Below are positions 9,637-18,553 of a DNA stretch of 64,000 nucleotides, in pieces. Each line of letters starts with the position of its first letter. Position 1 is the first letter of the stretch. The notes beneath the pieces were generated by a model. The model worked only from the letters and a program-made list of their open reading frames with translations. It made no database searches and was not told where the DNA came from. Origin of the DNA: an uncultured Planctomycetia bacterium (GTDB lineage: Bacteria; Omnitrophota; Gorgyraeia; VGKH01; JBHPFN01); NCBI GenBank assembly GCA_964406665.1, contig CAYOSQ010000003.1:38641-102640 (forward strand). Direction: 5' to 3'. Position numbers and translations under genes: made by a program.

Positions 9637-10883
9637 ATGTTTAAATTATGCGAAATAGTTTAATTGTTAACAAAATATTTATTATTTGCATATTTGTGTT
9701 ATTTATTTTCTTCGTGATAGAGAGCTTTGCAGATGAAGGGCTAACGATTACAACTTATTATCCTGCCCCTTATGGGGTTTATAATCAGGTTGAAGCAAAA
9801 GCGGGATTTGCTGTAGGTGATATTTCAGGCATTGGTACAGTGGGGGATTTATATACGGGTGAGCTTTTTATATCTGACGGTGCGATTTTTAAACCAAAAA
9901 ACGTTGACCCTGGTGCAGGTGATGGAAAGCAGGGTGAGCTTATTTATAATGCTACAGAAGATACTTTCAAATTTTTCGCTGACGGCGCTTGGAATAATAT
10001 GATTGGAGGAGAGGTTTGTTATTTATCTTTTTGTAACGGTATGGTAGAAGATGATTGCAGTTTTGGTGGCACACCTTGCATAGGAGGCTTTACAAAACTT
10101 GAACCAAATGATGTTTATGGATTTGATCCTTATTGTGCAAACTGTCAATATGCTTTTGATATAAACGGCCAGGATATTATTTCTTCTGGTAGGATATATT
10201 TATGCTGTAAATAAAATTATTAGCGTATGAAGAAAAACAAAACTTTTCAATTATTATTTTTAGCTATAATATTTTTTGCTCATTGTAATTGTGTTAGAGC
10301 AGAAGATATATCTTTTACAACATATTATCCTTCTCTACAGGGTGTTTATTCGGGCTTATCTTCTGAAGAGGCATTTGCTGTGGGTGATATATCAGATTCT
10401 GGTACTGCTGCAGTAGATGAGACCACTGATTTAGATCAGGGTGAAGTTTTTGTTGAAGATAGCGTAATATTCAAGCCAAAAAACGCTGACCCGATTCCTG
10501 CTGATTCCAGGGCTGGTAGTTTGATATATAATGATGTAGAGGATATGTTTAAATATTATGATGGAACTCAATGGAAAGGGTTTACCGGAGCTGCAATAGA
10601 AGGTGGTGGTTGTTATATTTCTTATTGTAAGTCTCCAGGTGGCATAAGTGGTTTTTGTTCTTTTGGAACTGTCTGGGATGTTGCTGATCAACATCCTTGT
10701 AGAGAAGATTTAGGTTATCAGCAAGTTGGTGTGGGTGATCTTCATGGTAGGTGCTGCAGGGCTTCTAATCCACCTGGTCTTCATTGTACAGGGGCAGATC
10801 ATTTCTATGCTGGTGGAGGCTGTGGCAATGCTGGTAGCAGCTGGGTAATCAGAAATTCTTTTTATATATTTCTTTGCTGTAAA
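9100..10883 (+). repeat. Four diverged copies of a Cys-rich module: 9100-9381, 9406-9633, 10017-10211, 10611-10883
   Basis: Each reads CY[VIL]S[FY]C-x-CSF-x-C-...-[YF]LCCK; 3' ends are similar at DNA level (tgttgtaaa/tgctgtaaa). Confidence 0.85.
9648..10214 (+). CDS. Secreted TYYPAPYG-motif protein with one Cys-rich tip module (paralog B)
   Basis: Signal peptide ending SFA; TTYYPAPYG; GELIYN..FKFFADGAW; 8-Cys module ending IYLCCK. Confidence 0.8.
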   Translation: MRNSLIVNKIFIICIFVLFIFFVIESFADEGLTITTYYPAPYGVYNQVEAKAGFAVGDISGIGTVGDLYTGELFISDGAIFKPKNVDPGAGDGKQGELIYNATEDTFKFFADGAWNNMIGGEVCYLSFCNGMVEDDCSFGGTPCIGGFTKLEPNDVYGFDPYCANCQYAFDINGQDIISSGRIYLCCK

Positions 10884-10886
10884 TAG
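10227..10886 (+). CDS. Secreted TYYP-motif protein with one Cys-rich tip module (paralog C)
   Basis: Signal peptide ending VRA; TTYYPSLQG; GSLIYN..FKYYDGTQW; 10-Cys module ending IFLCCK. Confidence 0.8.
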   Translation: MKKNKTFQLLFLAIIFFAHCNCVRAEDISFTTYYPSLQGVYSGLSSEEAFAVGDISDSGTAAVDETTDLDQGEVFVEDSVIFKPKNADPIPADSRAGSLIYNDVEDMFKYYDGTQWKGFTGAAIEGGGCYISYCKSPGGISGFCSFGTVWDVADQHPCREDLGYQQVGVGDLHGRCCRASNPPGLHCTGADHFYAGGGCGNAGSSWVIRNSFYIFLCCK

Positions 10887-10960
10887 AAATAGTCAATTAT
10901 TAATTTTTCAATAACTTCATTTCCATTATTCAAATAATCTAATGATTTTTAAGTGTTATC

Positions 10961-10989
10961 TTGACTTATCCTTTAAGTAGAGGTAAACT
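10961..10989 (+). promoter_or_regulatory. sigma70-type promoter for serA operon
   Basis: TTGACT (10961-10966), 17 bp spacer, TAAACT (10984-10989) in an AT-rich intergenic region. Confidence 0.6.
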
Positions 10990-11114
10990 AATCTTCGCTG
11001 ATAATTGAAGGATTTATCAACCAAACCTATAAATTATTCAACTTTTTCAGGACTTATTTAAAACAAAAATAGAAATAAATATTAATATAAACTACTAAAG
11101 CATAAGGAGTTGAT

Positions 11115-12701
11115 ATGAAGTTATTGATTGGTGATTCATTATCGAACGAAGGAGTTAAGATATTAGAGAAGGTTAAGGGTTTAAAGGTAGATGTCAATAC
11201 AGGCCTTAAGCCTGATGAGCTTAAGAAGATAATAAAAGATTATGACGCGATTGTGATAAGAAGTGCAACTAAGCTTACTGCTGATGTACTTAAAGAGGCT
11301 AAAAATCTAAAATATATCGGACGTGCTGGTGTCGGATTAGACAACGTAGATCTAGAAGCTGCAACTAAGCAGGGTATTATAGTTATGAACGCACCAGGCG
11401 GAAACACTATTTCTACTGCTGAGCATACAGTTAGTATGATTTTAGCACTTTCCAGGAATATCCCTCAAGCTCATGCTTCTACATCGGGTGGAAATTGGGA
11501 ACGTAAGAAGTTTATGGGTGCTGAGGTATACGGAAAAACTTTAGGTATTGTGGGCTTGGGCAAAATTGGAACCGCGGTTGCCAAGCGTGCCTTAGCATTT
11601 GGGATGAAGATTGTAGCGTATGATCCTTTTATATCTTTAGAAGTTGCCAAGCAGTTGGGTGTTGAAATTGTTGAGCTAAAGGATTTATTCCCTAAGGTTG
11701 ATTATATTACCGTGCACACTCCTCTTTCTGATGAGACAAAGCATATGATTTCAGATAAACAGTTCGCTGCTATGAAGAACGGGGTTAAGGTGATTAATTG
11801 TGCCCGAGGGGGAATTATTGATGAAGTAGCGCTTATTAAGGCAATAGATTCGGGTAAAGTTTCCGGTTGTGCAATGGATGTATTCGAAACTGAACCTCCG
11901 GGAAAAGAGTCTCCGCTTCTTAAATCGGACAAAATTATTAGAACTCCCCATATCGGTGCTTCAACTGAAGAAGCCCAGGTAAGTGTGGCAATTGAAATCG
12001 CCCACACGATAAAAGATGCATTAACTGATAACGTGATTAAAAATGCTGCCAACTTTCCTTGTGTGGAAGCAGAGGTCTGTGAAGTATTAAGCCCTTATAT
12101 AGCTCTTTCTGAAAAAATGGGAGAGTTGGCTTGTCAATTATTCGATGGTCGCATTAATAAGGTTGTCGTTGACTATAATGGACAGATCGCCGAGCTTAAG
12201 AATGAATCGGCAACTATTGCTGTAGTTAAGGGTTTGCTCACTCCGGTAGTCCGTGAGATGGTAAATTATGTCAATGCAAAAAGCTTGGCTAAAGAGAGAG
12301 GTATTAAGGTTAAGGTTTCGGAATCTACTTCATCAGAGGAAGAGTTTGTTAATTTAATTACAGTTAAGGTTTCAGACGGAAAGTCAGATTTATTGATTTG
12401 CGGTACACTTTCAAGCAATAACCAGCCTAGAATAGTTAAGATAAATGATTTTTATGTTGAGGCCAAACCCGAAGGCCATATGCTTTTCATGCGTAATTCT
12501 GATTTACCCGGAGTTATCGGTGCAATAGGAACTATCTTAGGAAACAATAAGGTAAATATTGCAACAATGACGTTCGGCAGAACCGAAGTCGGAGGAGATG
12601 CGCTTTCTGTAGTTAATATAGACAGTCCATTATCGGCTAAAATCCTCGAAGAAATAAAAAAAGCCAAACATATTAAATCTGTAAAATTAATCAAATTATA
12701 A
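11115..12701 (+). CDS. serA: D-3-phosphoglycerate dehydrogenase (type I, with ASB and ACT domains)
   Basis: GRAGVGLDNVD, GIVGLGKIG, INCARGG, TPHIGASTEEAQ, C-terminal DLPGVIG..NIATM ACT domain. Confidence 0.97.
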   Translation: MKLLIGDSLSNEGVKILEKVKGLKVDVNTGLKPDELKKIIKDYDAIVIRSATKLTADVLKEAKNLKYIGRAGVGLDNVDLEAATKQGIIVMNAPGGNTISTAEHTVSMILALSRNIPQAHASTSGGNWERKKFMGAEVYGKTLGIVGLGKIGTAVAKRALAFGMKIVAYDPFISLEVAKQLGVEIVELKDLFPKVDYITVHTPLSDETKHMISDKQFAAMKNGVKVINCARGGIIDEVALIKAIDSGKVSGCAMDVFETEPPGKESPLLKSDKIIRTPHIGASTEEAQVSVAIEIAHTIKDALTDNVIKNAANFPCVEAEVCEVLSPYIALSEKMGELACQLFDGRINKVVVDYNGQIAELKNESATIAVVKGLLTPVVREMVNYVNAKSLAKERGIKVKVSESTSSEEEFVNLITVKVSDGKSDLLICGTLSSNNQPRIVKINDFYVEAKPEGHMLFMRNSDLPGVIGAIGTILGNNKVNIATMTFGRTEVGGDALSVVNIDSPLSAKILEEIKKAKHIKSVKLIKL

Positions 12702-12715
12702 AAAGAGGTGATTGT

Positions 12716-12952
12716 ATGAAAAAAGCTAATAGCTTTTTGAAGGTTGCAGCTGTGTGTGTGGCATCGTTGGTGATTGCATTTTTGCTTTATAGCGCAACCA
12801 GCGCGGCAGAGTATACCAATGCTGATTTATCTGGAGATGAATTACTTTTAAGACTTGATTCTATTGAAAATAATCAAAAAATTATTTTACAACGTCTTGA
12901 TTCTTTAGAAGAAACACTTATTAAAGAAATAAAGATTAGATGCACTAAATAA
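12716..12952 (+). CDS. Small exported coiled-coil protein
   Basis: RBS GAGGTG; signal peptide; heptad repeat containing RLDSIE...RLDSLE. Confidence 0.7.
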   Translation: MKKANSFLKVAAVCVASLVIAFLLYSATSAAEYTNADLSGDELLLRLDSIENNQKIILQRLDSLEETLIKEIKIRCTK

Positions 12953-12954
12953 TT

Positions 12955-14100
12955 ATGAAGAAAATATTAGTTACGCTTATATTTCTTTTATTGGCGACAA
13001 CATGCTTTGCTGCGCCTAAGATATCTATTGATGATGGATATTTCGATTTAGGCATTATGGCAGAGGGGCAAGTTTATCCTTATAAATTTAGAATTAAGAA
13101 TATCGGCGATGAAGATCTTAAGATAGATGTAATTCATGTAAGTTGCGGATGTGTTAAGATTGTTAAACCGGACGGTCCGATAACTGTTTCTGCGGGTGAA
13201 GAATTTGAATTACAATTTAATTTTGATACGACAGGTTTTTTTGGTGAGACGGTAAAATATATTTATGTAAATACAAATGTGCCAAAAAATCCGTTGCTTA
13301 GGATTAGGCTAGATACTTTTATTGAGGCACAAGAGCAGGTTCTTTTAAGAAGATTTGAGAAGTTTAGCGGCTGGACAGTAGTTGGTGTCGGACTCGTTGA
13401 TGGTGTGAATCCTTGTGCGTTTACTGTGCTTATATTTTTCTTATCATTTTTAAGCTTTGCTGGATATGGTCGGCGTCAGATTATAGTTCTAGGCAGCGTA
13501 TTTATATTAACAGTATTTCTTACTTATTTAGCTATTGGTTTGGGGATATTCGAATTTTTGCACAATCTGCCTAATTTTGAAATTGTTTCAAAAATTATTT
13601 ATTTCATCACTGCTTGTCTGGCTATTGTCTTAGGATTCCTCAGTCTTTATGATTGGTGGATATTTAAAAAGACAAAAGATCCGGATAAGATAAAATTAAA
13701 ACTGCCTGGAATGGTGAAAAAGCAGATTCATGGTGTTATTAAAGATCATACAAAGGATAAATCCAATAAGCAAAGCGTTATAAAACTAGCATTAACAGCT
13801 TTAAGTTGTGGTTTTATTGTTTCTTTACTTGAGTCTGTTTGCACCGGCCAACTTTATGTACCTACGATTGTTTATGTTCTAGGCGTACCTGGTTTGAAGG
13901 CACAAGCCTGGCTGTACTTGTTGTTATACAATTTAATGTTTATTGTGCCGTTGGTAACAATATTTATGTTTGCGCTATTTGGGGTTACTTCAGAAGGATT
14001 TGCTAAGATTGCTAAGTTGCATCTTGCAAAAATTAAGCTTATTACGGCATTTGTATTTTTCTTTTTGGGATTATTTTTATTATTTATTGTTAAACACTAA
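12955..14100 (+). CDS. DUF1573-type Ig-like periplasmic domain fused to a CcdA/DsbD-like transmembrane domain
   Basis: Signal peptide; F.IKNIG...SCGC (DUF1573-like); multiple TM helices with DGVNPCAF and ESVCTGQLY Cys pair. Confidence 0.75.
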   Translation: MKKILVTLIFLLLATTCFAAPKISIDDGYFDLGIMAEGQVYPYKFRIKNIGDEDLKIDVIHVSCGCVKIVKPDGPITVSAGEEFELQFNFDTTGFFGETVKYIYVNTNVPKNPLLRIRLDTFIEAQEQVLLRRFEKFSGWTVVGVGLVDGVNPCAFTVLIFFLSFLSFAGYGRRQIIVLGSVFILTVFLTYLAIGLGIFEFLHNLPNFEIVSKIIYFITACLAIVLGFLSLYDWWIFKKTKDPDKIKLKLPGMVKKQIHGVIKDHTKDKSNKQSVIKLALTALSCGFIVSLLESVCTGQLYVPTIVYVLGVPGLKAQAWLYLLLYNLMFIVPLVTIFMFALFGVTSEGFAKIAKLHLAKIKLITAFVFFFLGLFLLFIVKH

Positions 14101-14116
14101 AAAGGATAGAAAGTAG

Positions 14117-15910
14117 ATGAAAAGAAAAGTTTTTATTATTGCACTGTTTTGCTTAAGTCTTTTATTAACAAGCAATTCTTTATATGCTGAAAAAGTAACT
14201 ATAGCCTATACTGGTGGTTCATATTCAAATCTATATCCTTGTAGATGTCCTAAATCACCGAATGGTGGGGTGGCTCGACGTGCAACAATTCTAAATAAGT
14301 TGTGCAAAGAATACCCCAGTTTGTTATTGCTTGATTCTGGCGGATATTTTGGCGGTGGAATGCAGGATGGTGAAAAGACTACTCTGGAATTAGATAAAAA
14401 GCGAACTGTATTAAATTTAGAAATTATGGAGTTGTTGGGATATGATGTAGTCGGAATAAGCAAGGAAGAAATGAATTTCGGTAGAGATTTTCTGATTGAT
14501 AAAATAAAAGATACTGGAATTAATTTTCTTGCATGCAACATAGATTTACCTGGAGCAGCGCCGTTTATCATTAAAGAGGCTAGCTCTGTCAAGATCGGCA
14601 TTCTCGCAGTTGCACCATTAGATTTTATTACAGAAAATAAACAGGATTTTTCTGATGTTTTGAAAACAGTTACGGGAAACATAGAATATATGTCTAAGCA
14701 AGGTGCAGAAATTGTTATTGTGTTGAGTTACCTTGGGCATAGCTTAGATATTCAATTGATGGAGCAGGTTAAAGGAATAGATGTTTTAATAGGAACTAGT
14801 GAGACGAGCAAGGCTGATCCAGAAGGTAAAATAGGAGAGACTTTATATTTAAGACCTTATTATTGGGCTAAAACTGTAAAAATTGCTGAATTAGATATAG
14901 CAGATGGCAAGGTAAACAGTTTTGAGATTAAGCAGTTTCCCTTGAGTTCTGATATTGTAGATGATCCCGAAATTCAGTCTTTACTTCCTCGTTGTTTTTC
15001 AAAAAAGCAATGTAAAAAACGTGGGTTTGTTGGAAGTTGTGAATCTCCTGGAGAAATAACTGCTAAATGTACTTATGAAGAACAGGCAAAGATTCCTTTA
15101 TTGATAATAAGGCCCGATAGCTGTAAAACTTGCAATGCTAGAAGGGCTTTATCTGATGTTCAGAAAAATATTCCTGGTATTTTTCCTTCATTTGTTAACG
15201 AGTCATCGAAAAGAGGTAAATCTTTTATCAAAAAATACAATATTAAGCTATTGCCGGCATTTCTGTTAGGTCGCTCAATAGAAAGAGAAGCAACATTTAG
15301 ACAACTTCTTGACAAAAAAATTATTCAGAAAAAAGATAATAGTTATTATTTAATCAGTCCTTCCTATGCGGGGGGATCGTATTTTACTAACAGAAAGAAT
15401 ATAGATGGGCGTCTAGATTTATTTATAAGTTTATATGATAAAAAGGTAAAAAATGTTCTTAAAGTTACTAAGCAGTTAATTGAAACCATTGAAGACAAGA
15501 TAGATTTTAAGCTTCATTTTTTAGTTTTTGAAAATAAAGAGACAGGTGAATTAGTTTCGAAATATGGTAAGACTGAGGTAGAAGAAGCTAAACGCGCATT
15601 ATGCATTATAGAGAAATATCCGGATAAAACATGGGATTATTTATTCTGTCGTATAGATAATATAGAAAGTAGTTGGTGGGATGATTGCGCCAAAAGCGCT
15701 GGTATTGATGTGGAATCAATAAAAGAATGTGCAAAATCTCAAGAAGCAATTGATTTGATAAAAAATAACATTAAGCTTTCTAAAAAGCTGGGAGTTTCTT
15801 ATGGTCCACTGTTTCTTTTGAATAATAGGGAAATTTTTGGAATTGGAGAAAATACTACAGTAGAAGAATTAAAGTTAATAGTCAAACAGGAGGAAAAAGA
15901 TGACAAATAA
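14117..15910 (+). CDS. Secreted multidomain protein: degenerate 5'-nucleotidase/UshA-like N-domain with CxC, Cys-rich linker, thioredoxin/GILT-like C-domain
   Basis: LYPCRC..GGVARR, LLLDSG, LSYLG, GIDVLIG; later CKTC and YGKTEVEE...LC...WDYLFC...WDDC...EC. Confidence 0.65.
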   Translation: MKRKVFIIALFCLSLLLTSNSLYAEKVTIAYTGGSYSNLYPCRCPKSPNGGVARRATILNKLCKEYPSLLLLDSGGYFGGGMQDGEKTTLELDKKRTVLNLEIMELLGYDVVGISKEEMNFGRDFLIDKIKDTGINFLACNIDLPGAAPFIIKEASSVKIGILAVAPLDFITENKQDFSDVLKTVTGNIEYMSKQGAEIVIVLSYLGHSLDIQLMEQVKGIDVLIGTSETSKADPEGKIGETLYLRPYYWAKTVKIAELDIADGKVNSFEIKQFPLSSDIVDDPEIQSLLPRCFSKKQCKKRGFVGSCESPGEITAKCTYEEQAKIPLLIIRPDSCKTCNARRALSDVQKNIPGIFPSFVNESSKRGKSFIKKYNIKLLPAFLLGRSIEREATFRQLLDKKIIQKKDNSYYLISPSYAGGSYFTNRKNIDGRLDLFISLYDKKVKNVLKVTKQLIETIEDKIDFKLHFLVFENKETGELVSKYGKTEVEEAKRALCIIEKYPDKTWDYLFCRIDNIESSWWDDCAKSAGIDVESIKECAKSQEAIDLIKNNIKLSKKLGVSYGPLFLLNNREIFGIGENTTVEELKLIVKQEEKDDK

Positions 15911-17144
15911 TAAACCCAAGATTTACATTGTTGATGTTACTAATCGCGACGGCGTACAGACTTCAAGAATATGTCTGTCCAAATTTCAGAAAACAATGAT
16001 CAATTATTATCTGGATAAGATGGGTGTATTTCAAAGTGAGTTCGGCTTTCCTCTGACCAACCATGAAACCAGTTATTTAAATGCTAATTTAGAATTATCC
16101 AGAAAGAAGATTTTTAATTCAATTAGGCTGGAAGGTTGGATACGCGCAACAGTTGCAGATGTGCAAGCAGCTCTTAAGCTTGTTCCTAAGACTGAGCATA
16201 TGAACCTTTCGATTTCCACTTCTGATCAGATGATTCACCATAAATTTAAAGGAAAGCTTGACCATGCTGGTGTTATCAAAGAAATGTCTAGTGCGGTAAA
16301 AAAGGCAAAAAAACTAGGCGTTAAAACTGTAGGTGTTAATTCAGAAGATGCATCACGTACCCGCTTGGAGTATTTAATTGAATTTGCAGCTGCAGCTAAA
16401 GAGTCAGGAGCTGATAGAATACGTTACTGCGATACATTGGGTTGTGATAGTCCTTTTACTATTTATGAAAGGGTGAAGCAGGTAGTAGACAATGTCCAGA
16501 TACCCATGGAGATACATTGCCATAATGATTTAGGTTTAGTAATTGCAAATTCAGTGTCAGGTGCTATGGCAGCTAATGATGCTGGTGTTGATGCTTATAT
16601 CAACACTTGTGTTAATGGTATGGGAGAGAGAGCCGGGAATGCTGATTTAGTAAGTGTAATATTGGCAATAAAATATGGAAACGGAGTAAAAGGAAAATAT
16701 AAGCTAGATGAAAACATTAATCTAAAGAATGCTTGGAAGATGTGTAACTATGCTTCTTATGCATTTGGAGTTCCTATTCCTATTAATCAGCCAGGAATCG
16801 GCGCAAATGCATTTGCCCATGAATCAGGCATTCATGCCGACGGGGCACTTAAGGATAGAAGAAACTACGAGCTTTATGATTATGAAGAATTAGGCAGAGG
16901 TAAAGTAGAGGTTATAGATACCGGAAGAAAGATCACCGCGGGAGAATATAGCGGTATTAAAGGTTTTAGAAACGTATATGAAAGATTAGCAGTTGCATTT
17001 AAGAATGACAAGGAAGCTGCGGAGGTTCTAGAACTTGTTAGATATGCCAATATTCATAATCAGAAACCTTTGGTTGAGGAAGAATTACGATTTATTGCAA
17101 GTAATCCGGAAATTGTTAAAAAAATATTTACGATGTCTCCGTAA
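15900..17144 (+). CDS. LeuA/NifV-family acyl-CoA condensing enzyme (homocitrate synthase-like, possibly Re-citrate synthase)
   Basis: DVTNRDGVQ, EDASR, YCDTLG, HCHNDLG, NGMGERAGNA, FAHESGIHADG; no LeuA regulatory domain. Confidence 0.85.
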   Translation: MTNNKPKIYIVDVTNRDGVQTSRICLSKFQKTMINYYLDKMGVFQSEFGFPLTNHETSYLNANLELSRKKIFNSIRLEGWIRATVADVQAALKLVPKTEHMNLSISTSDQMIHHKFKGKLDHAGVIKEMSSAVKKAKKLGVKTVGVNSEDASRTRLEYLIEFAAAAKESGADRIRYCDTLGCDSPFTIYERVKQVVDNVQIPMEIHCHNDLGLVIANSVSGAMAANDAGVDAYINTCVNGMGERAGNADLVSVILAIKYGNGVKGKYKLDENINLKNAWKMCNYASYAFGVPIPINQPGIGANAFAHESGIHADGALKDRRNYELYDYEELGRGKVEVIDTGRKITAGEYSGIKGFRNVYERLAVAFKNDKEAAEVLELVRYANIHNQKPLVEEELRFIASNPEIVKKIFTMSP

Positions 17145-17156
17145 AAAGAAAGATAA

Positions 17157-18431
<1,275 letters not shown>

Positions 18432-18489
18432 ATATTTGATTTAACGCTTAAGTTGTTGATTAATATTAGTTTATAGAGTAAATTTGTCC

Positions 18490-18518
18490 TTGACTTTATT
18501 ATAGGGATATGTTAATGT
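18490..18518 (+). promoter_or_regulatory. Possible sigma70 promoter
   Basis: TTGACT (18490-18495), 17 bp spacer, TAATGT preceded by TG; RBS AAGGAGG downstream. Confidence 0.45.
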
Positions 18519-18553
18519 TAGACTTAATCTAAATAAACAAAAGGAGGCAAAGC

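Noticed and set aside
9227-10002. Alternative-frame + ORFs (9227-9478, 9817-10002) inside paralogs A and B
   Set aside because: No RBS or slippery site seen; likely by-products of T-ending codons; not conserved in paralog C
8713-10886. Array as DGR target, shufflon or integron cassettes
   Set aside because: No reverse transcriptase, near-identical template repeat, recombinase, inverted segments or attC-like palindromes; intergenic gaps are only 11-12 nt
8713-10886. Cys-rich proteins as c-type cytochromes, ferredoxins or RiPP precursors
   Set aside because: No CxxCH or CxxCxxC motifs, signal peptides are Sec-type, and no modifying enzymes are adjacent
10990-11114. Glycine riboswitch-like fragments (gaagga ... 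ttttcagg) in the serA leader
   Set aside because: The GGAGA element and GC-rich pairing stems are missing; the region is too AT-rich to support the call without an Rfam scan
14237-14250. Selenocysteine at the CxC motif of the UshA-like protein
   Set aside because: Both codons are TGT; there is no in-frame TGA
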